A stretch of 64,000 bases of DNA from Marsupella aquatica (taxonomy: Eukaryota; Plantae; Marchantiophyta): assembly GCA_973895155.1 (NCBI GenBank), contig OZ316893.1:16088645-16152644 (forward strand), in the 5' to 3' direction. This document shows, piece after piece, positions 37,591-50,884 of the stretch. The notes under the pieces were generated by a model. That model ran no database searches. It saw nothing but the letters and a program-made list of their open reading frames with translations, and had not been told where the DNA came from. A program made the translations under genes and the position numbers. The first letter of the stretch is position 1, and the number at the start of each line of letters is the position of its first letter.

Positions 37591-40500
37591 ATGGAACAGA
37601 GTGACACAGAGATGTGTGAGTATGAAAGGAAAGCTATGGAACAACGAGCATACGTGAAAGCCAAAATCGCAGAACTGGATCTGGAAAAGGATGTGGTTGA
37701 ATTGTAAGGGAACGATTCTCAACTACACCCCTCCGCTGAGTTTGTGTGACATGAATAGTTCAATGTGGCACTGAAATTGTGACTGTATTCTCATATTGGA
37801 ATGTCGCAGAGCCACAGCATTTTCAAAGAAACAAAAGGAGTACGCAAGAAGGGTGACCAGCACTATCTCTGGGCCTGTGCGTCGGAGTGACAGGTTGAGC
37901 AAGAAGGTCGTACCTACAATGGCAGAATGTGGAGATGACATTGATGCTGCACAGGTGGGTGCAGACACTAGACAAGAAGATGCAGATGATGAGTATTTTC
38001 CAGAGGAAATGGATGAGGATGGGGGTTATGAAGATGAATACATTGCAGAGCAGCCCCAAAAGAAACATGTAAGTAGTTTTCCCAACAAGGTTTTGAGTTA
38101 AAAACTCTTGTTTAGAGGTTTCATATGTTCAGTACTACACATATGTACCTTGCTTAGTTCCTGACATTGTAGTTGGTGATGTGATGCAGCGTCCTGCCAG
38201 TTCTGTTTTGCCTTCGAAGCCTGTGCATGCACCATACCAGTAGGGGGGGCTGACCTCTGATCAAGGTTGGCGAGGTGGTAGTAGTGGTAGATCCCAGGCT
38301 GGTGCCCAATACTATGGCAGGGGGCAAGCTCTAGGTTATGCCCGTGGTAGAGGCAGAGCAGGTCCAAACCCACAATCTCGTGGGTATGGACGTCCACCTC
38401 AACCGTGGGGATGTGAGTATATATCTATATGCCAGTTCTTTGTGAAGGCATGGCACTCCTGAATTTCAGACTGCATATCAATTTTTGACATTGTTTGGGA
38501 TGTATTGGATTCAGACAACATGAAATTCTGTCCACCTGCCATTGCATGCAGATTCTGCCCAACCTGATTGGGCAAATGCTAGTAATGATCAGTTCCAATG
38601 TCCACAAGGACAGACATGGGTTGAACCAGGTTGGGAGGATGGTGGTGGGTCGTGGAATGAACAAGGTTGGGAAGGTGGTGAAGGTAATTGGCAGGGATAT
38701 CAAAATTCAGTACCTACAAACGCTGGAAGAGGAGCAGGTAATGTCTGATCTTGTCAGCAATGGAAGAACTCATTATATGTGGAGTCCATTCACGTGGGGG
38801 GGACTCTGCACATGTATAATGATAGAAAATGTATGTGTGCAGGTTGGACAGTCGAACCATCGACTCAAGTATTCACTAATGCCCCTATGCAGATGCAGCA
38901 CGGAAGGGGGACAGGTATGTCGGTGAATGTTCAGTTGTTTTCCTACAGTTTGTACTTAGTTTTCAGTACATATGTTTGCACACACATACCTAGAAAGTGA
39001 CATCATCCGGCCCCTGTACTAGGCTGGACAGGTGGTCCAGGGTCGCAACAATTTCAGAGTGCAGTCCCTGCACAGGCATCTACAGGCAGAGCTACAGGTA
39101 TGTATGTTTGAAGAATTTTTCTTGAAGTGAAGCATTGAATGTTGCCGTCATCCATTCTGCTATATGTAGTTCTCAAGCATGAATGGCATTGTATTTTCCC
39201 AGGTGGCTTCAGAACCCCAGGTAGGGTGAATGAAGGGGTGGCCAATACAACGCCCAGTACTACCGAGAGCAGTGCACGAGGGGAGGTGACAAAGAAAGGG
39301 AACGTAAAGTTGAATGAGAGACAATGGGTGGATGCTGAGTGTCCTCGCAAGAACCGATGGCATGCTGATTTGAAAGCTGAAGTATTGCGTTGGTTAGATG
39401 TGAGTGTTATTAATTTTAAAAAACAGCATCCAAAAGATTGGAAGACTGTATGTGAAAATGTTGCTGCCAAATGGAATTATGTGGGCAGTGATGATGGCGT
39501 GGACATAGGTTGCCTAGAGAGTACAGCAGGTAAAATTATCAAGCAAGAGAGGTGGAGAATGCATAAGGCTTGGAAGGAAGGTGGGGAGAAGCCAGATATG
39601 CCTCCACCAGCCAGTTGTGATGATAAAGTGTGGGCAAGGTTAGTAGCTTATTTTGTAACAGATGCTTCAAAAAAGAAGAGTTCACAGATGACCGAGGCCA
39701 GGTTGAGTGTTCAGAACCCTAATCTGACAGGAAGGACCGGCACTGCACCGACAGCTAAACGTTTGGTAAGAATGAATGGCCTAGCTATGTAATTTATGCT
39801 ACACTATGTACTATTTTTTAGTGTAAACCCATACATGTAAACTTTGTTTTTTAGTGTACGTTCCCTGAATATTGATCGATAACTTGTGTTTGCCATGCAT
39901 GTGCAGAAAGCCCAATTGGGGCAAAGCCCTTCAAAAGAAGAGTTGAGGGCTGAAATTGTGAACACCCGGGCTCAAGAGGGTGCATCTGAATCCTCCAAGC
40001 ATGTAAGTTATATGAGTTCTGATTGGTAATTGAATGACCTGCGTTGAATTTCAGGTGTACACTGTATATAACATTGATTGTGCATATATTGCCCAACATT
40101 TCATATGGAGTGATTGAACCTATACCCCTGTGTCATGTAGGGAGGTGGATCTTCACTTACAGAGATAAGTGGTCGTTTGAAGGCTGTCGAAACATGTCTT
40201 CCAGAGATCAATGAACGTTTGAATTCATTGACTGACTTGTTCCATGTGAACTTCAAGACATTAATGGAAGCTGTTGTGTCGGTGAGAGATAAAATTGATT
40301 CCAATTCTGCAGGAGTTCCACCATCACCACTTGAGGTGGCAAAGTCGATGCACTCTTCTGGCATGCCAACGACATGTAGGCTTGAAGGTAAGGCCTTTAC
40401 AACTGTGTGGGATATGATTATTAAATGTATAGTTTGAATTGACATTGTTTGTTGAATGTGTTATTTTCAGTAACATATATTGTGGTTGTTGTGTCCATAG

Positions 40501-41297
40501 AGAATAAGACAGGTGCTACAGAGAAGAAGTATGAGAACCTGGCAAATACTCGCTGTAATTTAGAGGCAACAAAGTTGCAGTCTGTACAAGCAACTTGTTT
40601 GACAGAGGGCAGTCAACCATGTTTGGATGAGGATGACATTGGCAAGGGAGTGGATGATATCAATGTTGGGGCAAATGAGGATATCAGCAAGCATGACAAT
40701 GATACCATTGAGCCAGATTCATGCTATGTAGATCTTGACTCCATTGCAGAGATAAATGATTTGCAGAATGTATCATTCTCAATGACAGGTGTGCCTCTTG
40801 TTGAGATAAATCCAACCAAAGAGTTAGTTGGTATGACACTCCCAGGTGATGAACCTGCTACTGTGACAGTCCTAACAGAGGAACCTACTGAGCCTAGCTT
40901 CACTACTGTGAAGAGAGGAAGCATGCGCACACGAAGCAAGTCTGCTGGTGGGAGCAGAGCCACGTCAAAGGTTTCATACAAACCTCCAAGAACAGTGCTG
41001 GCAGAAAGATCTAAGGTGGAAGTGGGGAAAGCACCTAATGCTGAGGGACAAAGTGGCTTGTTAGCTGTTGATGAGAGTGGAACACGAGTAGGATTTGCCA
41101 GAGTGCAGGTTGGTTCCACAACGTTCCATGGCAAGAGGATTCCCCCAGGTTATTCAGTAGTGTTAGTCACATTACTAGTGAAACCTAAAGCTGTCCTTCC
41201 CATTCCAAACACAAATGATGATCCTCCTCAAAAGACACTTGGAGATGCTGCAGGTTCTTTGGTATTATGGCCAAGCAAGTTCATAGAGGATCCATAA
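37591..41297 (+). CDS. CACTA-B second gene (TnpA-like; Ptta-type middle domain and Tnp1-like C-terminal domain), multi-exon, possibly disrupted
   Basis: Exons 37591-37703 and 37810-38068 splice in frame. Motifs VWARLVAYF...KKSSQMTEAR...TGRTG (~39630-39745) and FHGKRIPPGY...LPIP...TLGDAAGSLVLWP. One candidate exon near 38188-38410 contains stops. Confidence 0.65.
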
Positions 41298-43781
41298 CAA
41301 TGTCATGCCATTATTTGTTTGTAGTGTGAGTCATGTTATGTAGATTTTAGATGTCAAGAAGCAGTACAAGAATCATGTCCTCTTGGAGATTCATAGTATC
41401 ATGCATGTGCTTTCAGTTATCTCATCCTACAGTCATCAATTATGAGTTCCTGTTTTGTCTAAATTACATTGATCACATTGTAAACTATTCCATTGGAATT
41501 CAAATGATCTTCATTTTTTAGCAAGATTGTGATTGTGTTTAATTCTTATGAATGTTTTATGTAGGATCTGCTTATATGATGCTTTGTTTCATGTGGATGT
41601 CATTCATGCTATGTTCATTTCTTGTATTCAATGTGTTATATTTCTAAAGTTAGAACATCAGGTTTCTATGTATTGTAATGTCGAGTGCTCTCTCTTCTTA
41701 TGAACTGTCCCTCTGTGTTCATTAGTCATGGTTATAACTTGCATGTGAACCTTATTAGTTATAAACATGAGTATATAGAGTCCCAAATGGTTCTGTTGTG
41801 TGACGCGGGCCAGGGTCTCCATTGGTCTCTCCTGTGACACTAAATAGTCACACGCTAGTCGTTGTTGAATGCGGGTAAGTCATGTATGTGACTTACGATG
41901 TGACTCGCTGAAGTCATATTGCAGTCACGTCGAAACAAGGCTAGACTCCACAATAAAGTCACAGATCAGTCACAAATGGGTATCAAGCAAGTTGCAAAGC
42001 CCAGTATCAATAGTGACTTCCATTTTTTGGTCTCAACTTTTGCAACTCCAAGGGTCACAGCGTGGGTCAAGTCACGTTGAGTCACAATGAAGTCACATGA
42101 GCCAAAATGAGTCATATATTGCGGTCTCAGTTCACCTCGGATTCTTCTAGTGTCGAAACCGTTCACAAACTTCTAAACTCACCGGTATCGCTCTTTGTCA
42201 TACAATCCCCATCAAAACAATTGAACCAGTATCTTTCGCAAATATGATGCGATGGTAAATCCTTCTCAAATATCGACGCCCGCGCGGGACGTGTGCGTGT
42301 ATGTTTGCGAACCTTATGCGACGTATAATGGATTGCACAAGTATTGAATCTTGCAAACCTCTCAGCTTCGCAGTTTGCCATGGTGTTGCGATGCCGTTGC
42401 GATGGTCCGCGTGCGAAGTTATTAGGTTCACAAAGTGCAAAGGTGGTGCGATGCGCGTATGTTCGCAATGGCCAGAATTATGAAAATCAGGGGCTTGTTA
42501 GTTGCGATGAGATTGTCTTCGCAAAACCGGCCGATAGTGTTGTAGTGGAAGCTGAGCAACGCTGCGATTGAGGAAGGTCCTTCTGGGTTTGGTCTATTGC
42601 TGAACCAATAGTCAAGGAAGGCCTGCACCCTGGCGGGCATGTCGTCAAAGTGATGACGTTGTAAGTCCACCGTGCCAGGGATCTTGAAAACCTTGTCCGG
42701 GAGTTGGAGGAGTGCTTCTCCGAAGCCGAGGTACTTGGTTCCCTCAAAGAAGAACTTGGAGATCTCTGCATCCCGACAATACTTGCTCTCAAATGGAAGG
42801 TTGAGGTCATTGTTGTAATGAGAGCGCCCATTCAATCGGATAAGCCGTTTGTAATGCCTTTCGGCTTCATACTTTTGCGGGTTGTGTTTGACAAGTGAGT
42901 CGCAAGATGGTTACCAATGTACAAGAATTGGTACCAAAAGCGAATAGCCAAACTGGACATAATCATGACAGACATATGACAAAGTGTCAAGGGCTGGCTG
43001 AATCACTAAGTGCGCAAGGGGGCCGAGCTCAAAGCTTGCGCAAGGAAAGAACTGGTAAATTTGAGGCGGGGAAGAGTCCACCTTTTATACCCCTATCGTG
43101 CACGGATTGATTGGCCCTTCTTGCTCACGATAGGCCAAGCTTGTCATGCTCAAGGCTTACCAATCACTCCTTTAGTCCGGGTCAGAGCGTGGCAAAGACA
43201 GCCATAACTCGCCCCTAATCCGGCAGTATGTCAGGTGCCGTGCCGCCAGCCCAAGCATAAACTCCCATCATTACTAAAACTGATCCTAAGCATCATGACT
43301 AGCTAATTTTGTGACCTTATGCTAATAACTATGGATTCCTACGTCTACCTCATACGTGCTTACCACGGATTAAGCCGTATTACTCATTACCAGCCATACT
43401 GGCGGCGTCACACTGGTTCACTAAAGAACATGTAGGCCTATTTAATTGTAAAAAATACTTTTCAAAAGTTTTTAGGGTTTTTTTTAGTAAAAAATGACAA
43501 AATTTAAAGAAAAAATGGTTTTGCAAAAAAACAATTGTCACTTATAAGTTAGGGGGTCAAACCCTAAAACATCGCATGCAATGTATGGCCCTCCATATAG
43601 TGACCCCCCAAGCGCTATAAACAAAGTATGATGCGCATCCCTCCTTGCCCAAACCCTCAATTACTAACAAAGTCATGTCCCACGGGTTGGAAACACACGT
43701 AATGACAGGTTCTTTGGTGTTAGTGACAATAACAATGAGTCTAAGTTTCACTCACTAACTATAACTTGCTAATGAGTATAG

Positions 43782-44077
43782 CTTGGGGGTTTCACTATAT
43801 GGAGGCTTCCCCACCACCTGCAATGTTTTAGGCCTTGAACCCCCTAAAATGTGAGAAAATTATATCTTTTAAATGCAGGCCTATAAAGTTGGAATATTCT
43901 TGGATAATTTTGCATTTAAAAAAAAGACCCTAAGGTTCTTGTAAGTCTCAAAATTGGATTTAAAAGTCTCTCTTGTTGTTTTAAGAGAATTCTTAAGTCT
44001 TCTCCTTAGAACCAACAAAATAACCCTATCCTTCTTTGCACGTGATGTGCCATTTTTGTGGAAGTGAAACTCCCAAG
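43782..44077 (-). mobile_element. MITE related to family a, inverted and diverged
   Basis: TIRs CTTGGGGGTTTCAC / GTGAAACTCCCAAG; near-perfect 8-bp TSD GAGTATAG / GAATATAG. Confidence 0.8.
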
Positions 44078-45914
44078 GAATATAGTTATTAATACTCAAA
44101 CGTAAGCAAACATGTAACTATATAGTTAGATTGATTGTGAGTACATAGTAAGTAACCCTAGGCCTACAAGTAAATGCCTAACAAATGAGTTGTTGCGACT
44201 AACATTAGCTTGTTCAACAAAATCTTCTAAAATTTATTTGTTATTTGTCTTTGGCTCCGCATTTGCTACCTTGTTTGCCTCTTGTCCAATTTATTGCTTG
44301 CATGATTTTGTTTACTATCAAATAGCCCAATTACTGTAAAACACGCCTTTTGGGGGTCTCAATTTGGTTCTCCTTCCAAGTGCATTTCCGCCATTGATGT
44401 TGCCACTTATTTCTCCCGTCTCATCTTTCATTTTCATTTTTGAGTCAAGCAAATTTGCTAAAGTCCTACCTATGCTCCTTTAAAAAAAAATTAAAAAAAT
44501 CTGTGAAACCCCACAGAAAGGGAAGAGTCAGCCACAATAGTTGAACCCAAGACCTATCAGTCTGTACTCAAGTGAGCTACCACAAAGTCATGTCTCTCTG
44601 GGCTGCCTATGCTCCTTAATTTGATCACTTGGCCAACTCTTCGGTCTCTATACTAGGTTGTTGATTTGCTTCAAGTGACTATCCAAGTTTTTTCTATGGC
44701 TTTTCTGAGAAAGTCAAATTGCTTTGCTTCTGTTCAATGTAATACCCAAGTCTTGCCACTACATCCAAGCAATTGTTTGCATGCTTGCTCCCACACATTG
44801 AGTACTTTGTCACCAATTTGGATGAAGAAACTATTTAACATTTGTTTCCCCACTTATATTTCTTAGTCTGCATGCATGTCAAATTGATTGAATTCTCATG
44901 GAAGGTACATTTACCCTAAGTTTTCTCAACATACCTTCTTGGCCACGACTTTAAACATACAGTCTCTTCATCCAACAATTCTAAACCATGACGTTCTTGT
45001 AGTGTTTCTGCGGTGCGACCCATGACTCTCCAAACCCAAGAACCCTCCCGTAGCAAGCCGATTCCCACCGGTTTCTCACTTGCCAAGGCCAATTCCACGG
45101 TTTATCGGCATGGGATGCTGCTTTCCTCTCACTACTGTACTAACTTTTAACCATATATATTGGACAGATCCTTCATTGGGTCATGAGATGTGTACCCGGC
45201 CTATTCTAGGCCTCACCTCCGTCTCTTCTATCAGTCTTCCTTCAGGTATGTTTGGATTCCGCCCCCAGAATGATGCCCAATCGGCTTGGGTAGCCGCTAA
45301 GAGCCCTCTTAGCTCAACACATCCAACTCTCCCTGCTTCTAAGCTTACTTTCTCTCCTTTAGTTGATGTGGGCAATCTTCACACAAGTTGATGCGACACA
45401 CAATTAGAAAGATGACTCCTACTGACTAAGGTATACCATGCCATTGCCATACAAGGAGTACTTCTCATGCACAAGGTCTGCGAACTAAGCTGGAAGGCCA
45501 ACTCTATTAAGCTCTTACGCATGAGGAAACATAAATATACACAAAGGTCACTGCATAACTAACCGAGAGCTTCTCTTTACTAACTGATTCTAGCCTTGCT
45601 GGTGCACTAAAAACTTGCTTAGGAAGAAGGCCCTGGGGTCCCCGCTGACCAGGTATTTATCCTGGCAGCATACCTACCTATTTCCTTGTTGCGTAAGCCA
45701 AATCTACTCCTAAGTGGAATCTACCTATGTACAACGGGGCAAGAGCACAAGTGTTGCTCTTACCAATGAATCCGCAATCCCACTAAACTAAGTGTCAGGG
45801 CTGCTTCTTGGTCCTGATCCTAATCCTAAATTTGGAGGTCCGCGCCCGCTCTGCCCACTCACGCCTCCTACCTCCACGTCCGCCCTCTCTAAAAGGGATA
45901 GCGCCCTTACACCA

Positions 45915-48900
45915 TCACGACACGGGTGGCTGGTCCTCAATGGACGCCCCCAATCCTTCCTCGGTGACCAATGTAGGCCTTCCATTTTCTGATAGGTTAC
46001 CCGCTCCTGACTGGGTCAACCCATCTTTGGCGTCTCCGGGCCCCACCATTACTTTGGCCTCGGCTTCATCGGCTTTTGCCTGTCCGGCTTCCGCCACCCG
46101 GCTTCTGTCTGCCCGGGTTCCACCCCTGCGGCTCCTATACTCTCCTTCCCGACATTGGCTACCTTGCCGTAGTGGTCCTCCTCATAGGCTTGTTCTATGA
46201 GTTAGGTTGTCTCGTCCTCCCAAGGTTGCAGTTGATGCCAATCAATGGTTGGCAACTTTGGGTTAATGCATGTCATGGCCTCCCCCAACCGGTCTTTTGG
46301 CCTACCTCCCGGACTGCTTCCTTGACGGCCACAACCTCGCATAAGGCTGGTGCCATGCTTTCCACCTCAACCACGGTGGCTTGACAAACGGTGTGGCTCC
46401 CTGACCCAGAAGGCTTCCGCTTTTTGTCCTTCCCCTCCCAAGCAGCTGGTGCCTTCCCCTTGCCACTTACTTTTGGCAAAGGTGAGGGTACCACGGCTTG
46501 TCGCTCGGTTAGTACCACGCCCTGCAACCCTGTTGCCGCTACTGGGGTTCCACTTGTTGCGGCCAGCCAATTTAGCTCCTTGGACTGCTTCCTCAACCGC
46601 TCAGTTTGGTTGTCCGCCCACCGCTGCAGATTCTCCATCTTCTGAGTGGCGTCCTCCAATTCCACCAGGGTCTCGTCTAAATCCCCATGGGCTTGCTCCA
46701 ACTCTGCTAGGTTCTCGTCCAACTCCTTCCGTAAGGCCGCCCTTTCCTCCTGGGTTGCTTTCACCTCTGCGTTGAGCTCATGGACAACATCAATCTTATT
46801 CATTTAGTTGTAGGTTTGATCAAGCATGTCATCCTTCTTCCGCAGCTCGGCTTGAAAGTTGTCCGACAGGTCCTCCAGGTCTCCTTTCAACTTGTCGATG
46901 CCCATGTAGGTCTCATCAAGTTTGCCTTGTTTCTGATGAAGGGCCTTGCGGCATTCTTTGATCTCATCCTTTAGTGCCCGCTCCTTCCTTTGGGCTTCGG
47001 TCATGGCTCTATTGCAGGCCGTTATGTGAGCTGCCTCTGCCTTCTTCAGCTCTTGCTTCCACTTCTCCTTCTCCTTGAGGGCTTCGGCCAAGTCTTCTTG
47101 AGTCTAGGCTAGTTTCCCCTGCATGATACTTATTTCATGCTTCCTAACTCGTAGCTTGTCCTGGGCCTGCTTGGCCACCTTTAACTCTCCGGCCTCGGCT
47201 TCCTTCTCCCTTAGCCGCCGGATGACTTCCTCCTTCTTCATCCTCTCCAAGGCCAGTGCGTCCTCCAATTGGCTTTTCTCCAACATCTCCTTATGGACAA
47301 AAGGTCCCGTCTCTAACTCCTCCCCAAAGATGTTGAGGGCAAAGGGTGGACCTAGCCACCCAGCGCCCTCACCAATCCCAACACTTGCGCCTAAGTGCCC
47401 TGGTGCCCGAACGCCTCCACGGAATACCTTGAGCAAGCATCCAAGTGCCTCTTGCACCACCAGCGGCCCCTCCCATACGAAGTCGCGCCTGCTCACTTAC
47501 ACGACCGCTACTCAACGGTCCTCATTGCGTGCACAAGCAACCAAGCACCTCAGTAAGTAACCCTCCGGATCTAGAACTTGCCGAGTCTAGCATCCTAACT
47601 CAAGCTCAACAGACGTTGGTAAATAGGTCAGCGATAGGTCCTCCCAATGCCATAAGCCGGAACCAGAACCCACACCCACTGTTCGTCCAGAACAGCTCCT
47701 TCCTTGGGCGCGGCCCGGGTTCCCCCTCGTACCTATCTATCACCAACTGACCGCCCTGATCTCACGACATGCTCATGGCCCAATTAGCGTAGCTTGTCCC
47801 AACCTTGTCCCAACACCTCGGGGGGTTGACTATAAAAAATCTTAGGAACCACTTAACTAAATTTTTAAAAAGCGTAGGAGGCAAAAGAAGGTATTATAAA
47901 CTCATGTTTATAGAATATTCGTTAATATATACAATTTATAAAGTAAAATAGGTCATTAATATTAAAAATAGAGAATATTATTGGAATATTTTCTTTATAA
48001 AATAGGTCTATTTATATTAGGCTAGGATCGCACGTGGTACCCCAAAATATACACTTAGTTAACCCCCCGAGCCCAACACGCCGGGACCAGAACGGCCCCG
48101 ACTCAATCAACCGCTCCCGGTTTGCCCCACTGGTGGTCTAGGGGCTGAGCACCCTTGGAACTCAGCCTCCACACCTACTTGGCCTTGCCTCCCCAATGCA
48201 AGCTCCCTTGAGAGACTGAACGCGGCTTGGCTGCTGTTCGGCAGGATTTGGCAAGCGGGCGAGCTAACACCCGCAAACCTCAAGAACCCATGGCACCCCC
48301 AGACCCAGCTGAGCTCAGGAGGCGTATCCCTCCTCAAGAGCTTTCCAACGCACCTAAGAAGTCCTCCAATTGACTTCCCGTTGGGAAGATATCGCCATTT
48401 CCGTTTGGCGGTTTCCCTTAGTGTCGCGATCGCCGCGGCTCACGACTTCGGCTCGCCCTTAGCCCCCAGGGAGACACCACTCCCCTCATATATGCTTCTG
48501 GAGACCTGCCACCCCCGGACCAGCTTTGGTCCCTAAACATTTGGCCCCCAACCCGGATCCCATCGCACATAATGGGCGCGCCACCAACTGGCAACGCCCA
48601 TAACTTTCTTGATAGGCATCCGCAAGCGGAGTGCCTTAGCCCATTGTGACCGGGCCGACCCAGTGCTCATGCCTAGGCCCTCAGGTCTGATTGCCGCTCA
48701 GGGCCCCCGACCGGCCCAACCCGGATCGGGCCACAACTTGCGCCCCAAGCGTCCGTTGCCAATGGCGTCAACTCCATTGGCCTTGGGCCCAAGAGGAGCT
48801 CACTCCCAAGCCCTCAGAACTCAAAGTCCATCCAGAGGTGCGGACAGCCATCCTTGAGCCTGGCCCATTTTCCCTTGACCCGACCAGCCATAGGCTAGTC

Positions 48901-50884
48901 CAAGTCCTTAGTGTGTGCCCCCAGCTTGGCTCCTTGCCTTGCTAGTGCCACGTCTCATTGCCCACAAGTCTCCCCATGATAAGTCCTCCCTGGATGGCCT
49001 ATCCAGGCCTGGACCATAATGGAGCTCGGCGTCGGAGTCAGCGACGCCGGAGCTAAGTGTTACAGTAGTCGAGTTCTGCGACTGGGCAAGTAGCCCACAC
49101 ATCCTCCCGTACTCCAGGGCTCTGGAACGTGCATAGGTGGAGTGGTTAGGAGATGTTGGCATCTCCCAATGTGGCCTTCTTTCCCAAGACGCCCTCCGTA
49201 TCTCGTCAAACTTGGGCAAAGGCCCAGCTTGAGTCCCTGCAAGTCGCCGAAAGTCCTCCGACCATCCTCTGCTTGGAAAATCCTTCTCCTTGGCCAGGCT
49301 TGCTTCCTCCAGGTCACTAAATCATTCCTGCAATTCATGATCAGCCTGTTGTCTTCGGTAAAAAATTGGCGGAGGTACGTCTGGTGGGGGAGACTCTGGG
49401 CTTCCCTGCTGTTGTGGATCCCCATGCACCACTCTTGGAAGTGTGGGGATAAAACGGCCACAGGTCCGCACCCCTGGTACCGAGCGATCAAACCCGTAAC
49501 CCAAGTCCTCGTGGTATTCCTCCACATGCTTCCCGGCCTCCGAGCATCCTGGTGCCTTCTTGTCCTCTCTAGGACTAGCCGCAAACCCGGCCTCCTTCTG
49601 AGGACTATACATGCGTGCGGATTGCCCGTCCGGCTCCTGCACCTGACTTTTGCACTCTTTTTCAGGACTGGGAACCCTGGGTCCCTGTCCCTCTGATTCC
49701 GCACTAGAGGCTCCTACATACATCCACACCCCTGGCTTGTTTTCCGGCCTGCTTCTCTTCATGGCCTCGACCACGGGTTTTCCTCTAGCGGTTCTTGCGA
49801 TGCCCGCTGCCACTGCCTCCGGTGCTAATGCCGCCTTCTCCTTCTTCAGTATGTGTAGAAGGCTCTATATAGCCAGTTGTTGCATTGGCTCGGCTTCCGG
49901 CACCTGTCGGAAGATCTGAGCTATCGTGGGACTGCCGGGCGGGTCGAGCTACTTTGCTACCGGGCGGGTCAAGCTGCTTTGCTGCCGGCCTTGGTTCTGA
50001 TTCCTCTTCTGGCGCTCTAGCCTACAAGGGAAGGATCGGGGCAAAGATTTGACTCTGGGCATACCGGCATAACAACGGCATGTGATAACCAAGCCGAGAC
50101 ACGCTCCCTTGGCTAACCACCTGCTGTTCCTCCCTCAATATCTTTCTCAGTTGATTGAGGAGGTACCCATTGTAATCCCGGCTCGGGTTTGGCCTCTCTG
50201 CCTTTATTGTGCCTTGCCGATCTCCGGCCTCGGCCAGTTGCAATGCATTGTCACCCGCAGGAAATTAATCATTTCTCCAATATGCGGGTTGGTGCAGGTG
50301 CTTTGAAGGAAGCCATTCTTCGTTGACGGCCCAGGGAACGATCTAAACTCCTTGTCCGACAAGTTCTTCCGGGTTTCTACCTTAGCCTTGTTGCCCATCG
50401 GCAAGCCAAACACTTCAGCAATTATGTTGGAGGTGAGATAGAAGTCCCTCCTGTAGATCTTTGTGGAGCTGGTCTCATGGTCCCATGATCCCACAAATTC
50501 CAGTAAGTTCAATTTTGGCACTTCATTCTTCAGCCACGGTAGTCTCACAAAGGTCTCCAAGCCTGATCTGGCCATGCAGCCCTGGTACTTCTTGGTCTGC
50601 ATGGCTGTAAAGCATGCATCCTCCTCTCGTGCAAAATGTAGCTGCATTGCCAGTGGTATTATTGCTGCCCAGCCCTTCCAGGTGTCGTCTTGGGTAGGGA
50701 CGACATTGACTAGGTCAACTTCTTGTTCCTCGGTTGCCTCCTCTCTCTGCCTTCCTTGTTTGGCCGGATTCCTTGATACTACCGACCTCGTCCTCTTGGC
50801 CGGTGTGTTTTCTTCATTGTTGGCCATCTTCCTCTTCATTGCCACACCTGACAATTCTCTCAACACTGTTGCTTTTGTCCACAC
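45915..50884 (-). pseudogene. Degenerate Y-family ORF(s): plant-transposon/PMD-like domain (GLETFVRLPW...EFVGSWD...IAEVFGLP) and a long coiled coil
   Basis: ORF pieces 50204-50884, 49060-49813, 47104-47496, 46804-47091 and 46273-46803 separated by stops; same architecture as the X ORF. Confidence 0.6.
47817..48071. mobile_element. 255-bp AT-rich MITE with family-a-type TIRs but a different interior
   Basis: TIRs CTCGGGGGGTTGAC / GTTAACCCCCCGAG; perfect 8-bp TSD CCCAACAC. Confidence 0.9.

Larger units (their letters stand above)
23534..42152 (+). mobile_element. CACTA (En/Spm) transposon B, 18.6 kb, cargo-rich, nested near the right end of CACTA-A
   Basis: TIRs CACTAGAAGAAACCG...CTGAGACC and (reverse complement) CACTAGAAGAATCCG...CTGAGACC; TSD TCG at 23531-23533 and 42153-42155; subterminal GTGACT/AGTCAC repeats. 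Confidence 0.95.
14024..42547 (-). mobile_element. CACTA (En/Spm) transposon A, ~9.9 kb excluding nested element B
   Basis: TIRs CACTACTACATATTGGCCCCTTTTGCGAAG and (reverse complement) CACTACAACACTATCGGCCGGTTTTGCGAAG; 3-bp TSD GAA at 14021-14023 and 42548-42550; subterminal TTCGCAA/TTGCGAA repeats. Confidence 0.95.
8875..43412 (-). mobile_element. Element family X copy 3 (pieces 8875-~9180, ~12513-14023 and 42548-43412)
   Basis: Termini TGTCAC... and ...GTCACA; 5-bp TSD CTGGT at 8870-8874 and 43413-43417. The reading frame continues across the CACTA-A insertion (AALLSF|PSGTLGPMAP). Confidence 0.88.
8750..43612 (+). mobile_element. MITE family a (~330 bp), split into 8750-8874 and 43413-43612 by later insertions
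   Basis: TIRs CTCGGGGGGTTCAC / GTGACCCCCCAAG; 8-bp TSD CGCTATAA at 8742-8749 and 43613-43620. The joined halves match the intact copy at 51598-51927. Confidence 0.9.
4222..43728 (+). mobile_element. Element family X copy 2 (older, 5'-truncated), present as pieces 4222-5748, ~7335-8749 and 43613-43728
   Basis: The pieces are collinear with copy 1. Sequence interrupted at 8749 resumes at 43621 (GCGCATCCCTCCTTGCCCAAACCCTCAA, compare copy 1 ~3806) and ends ...TAGTGACA. Confidence 0.7.
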
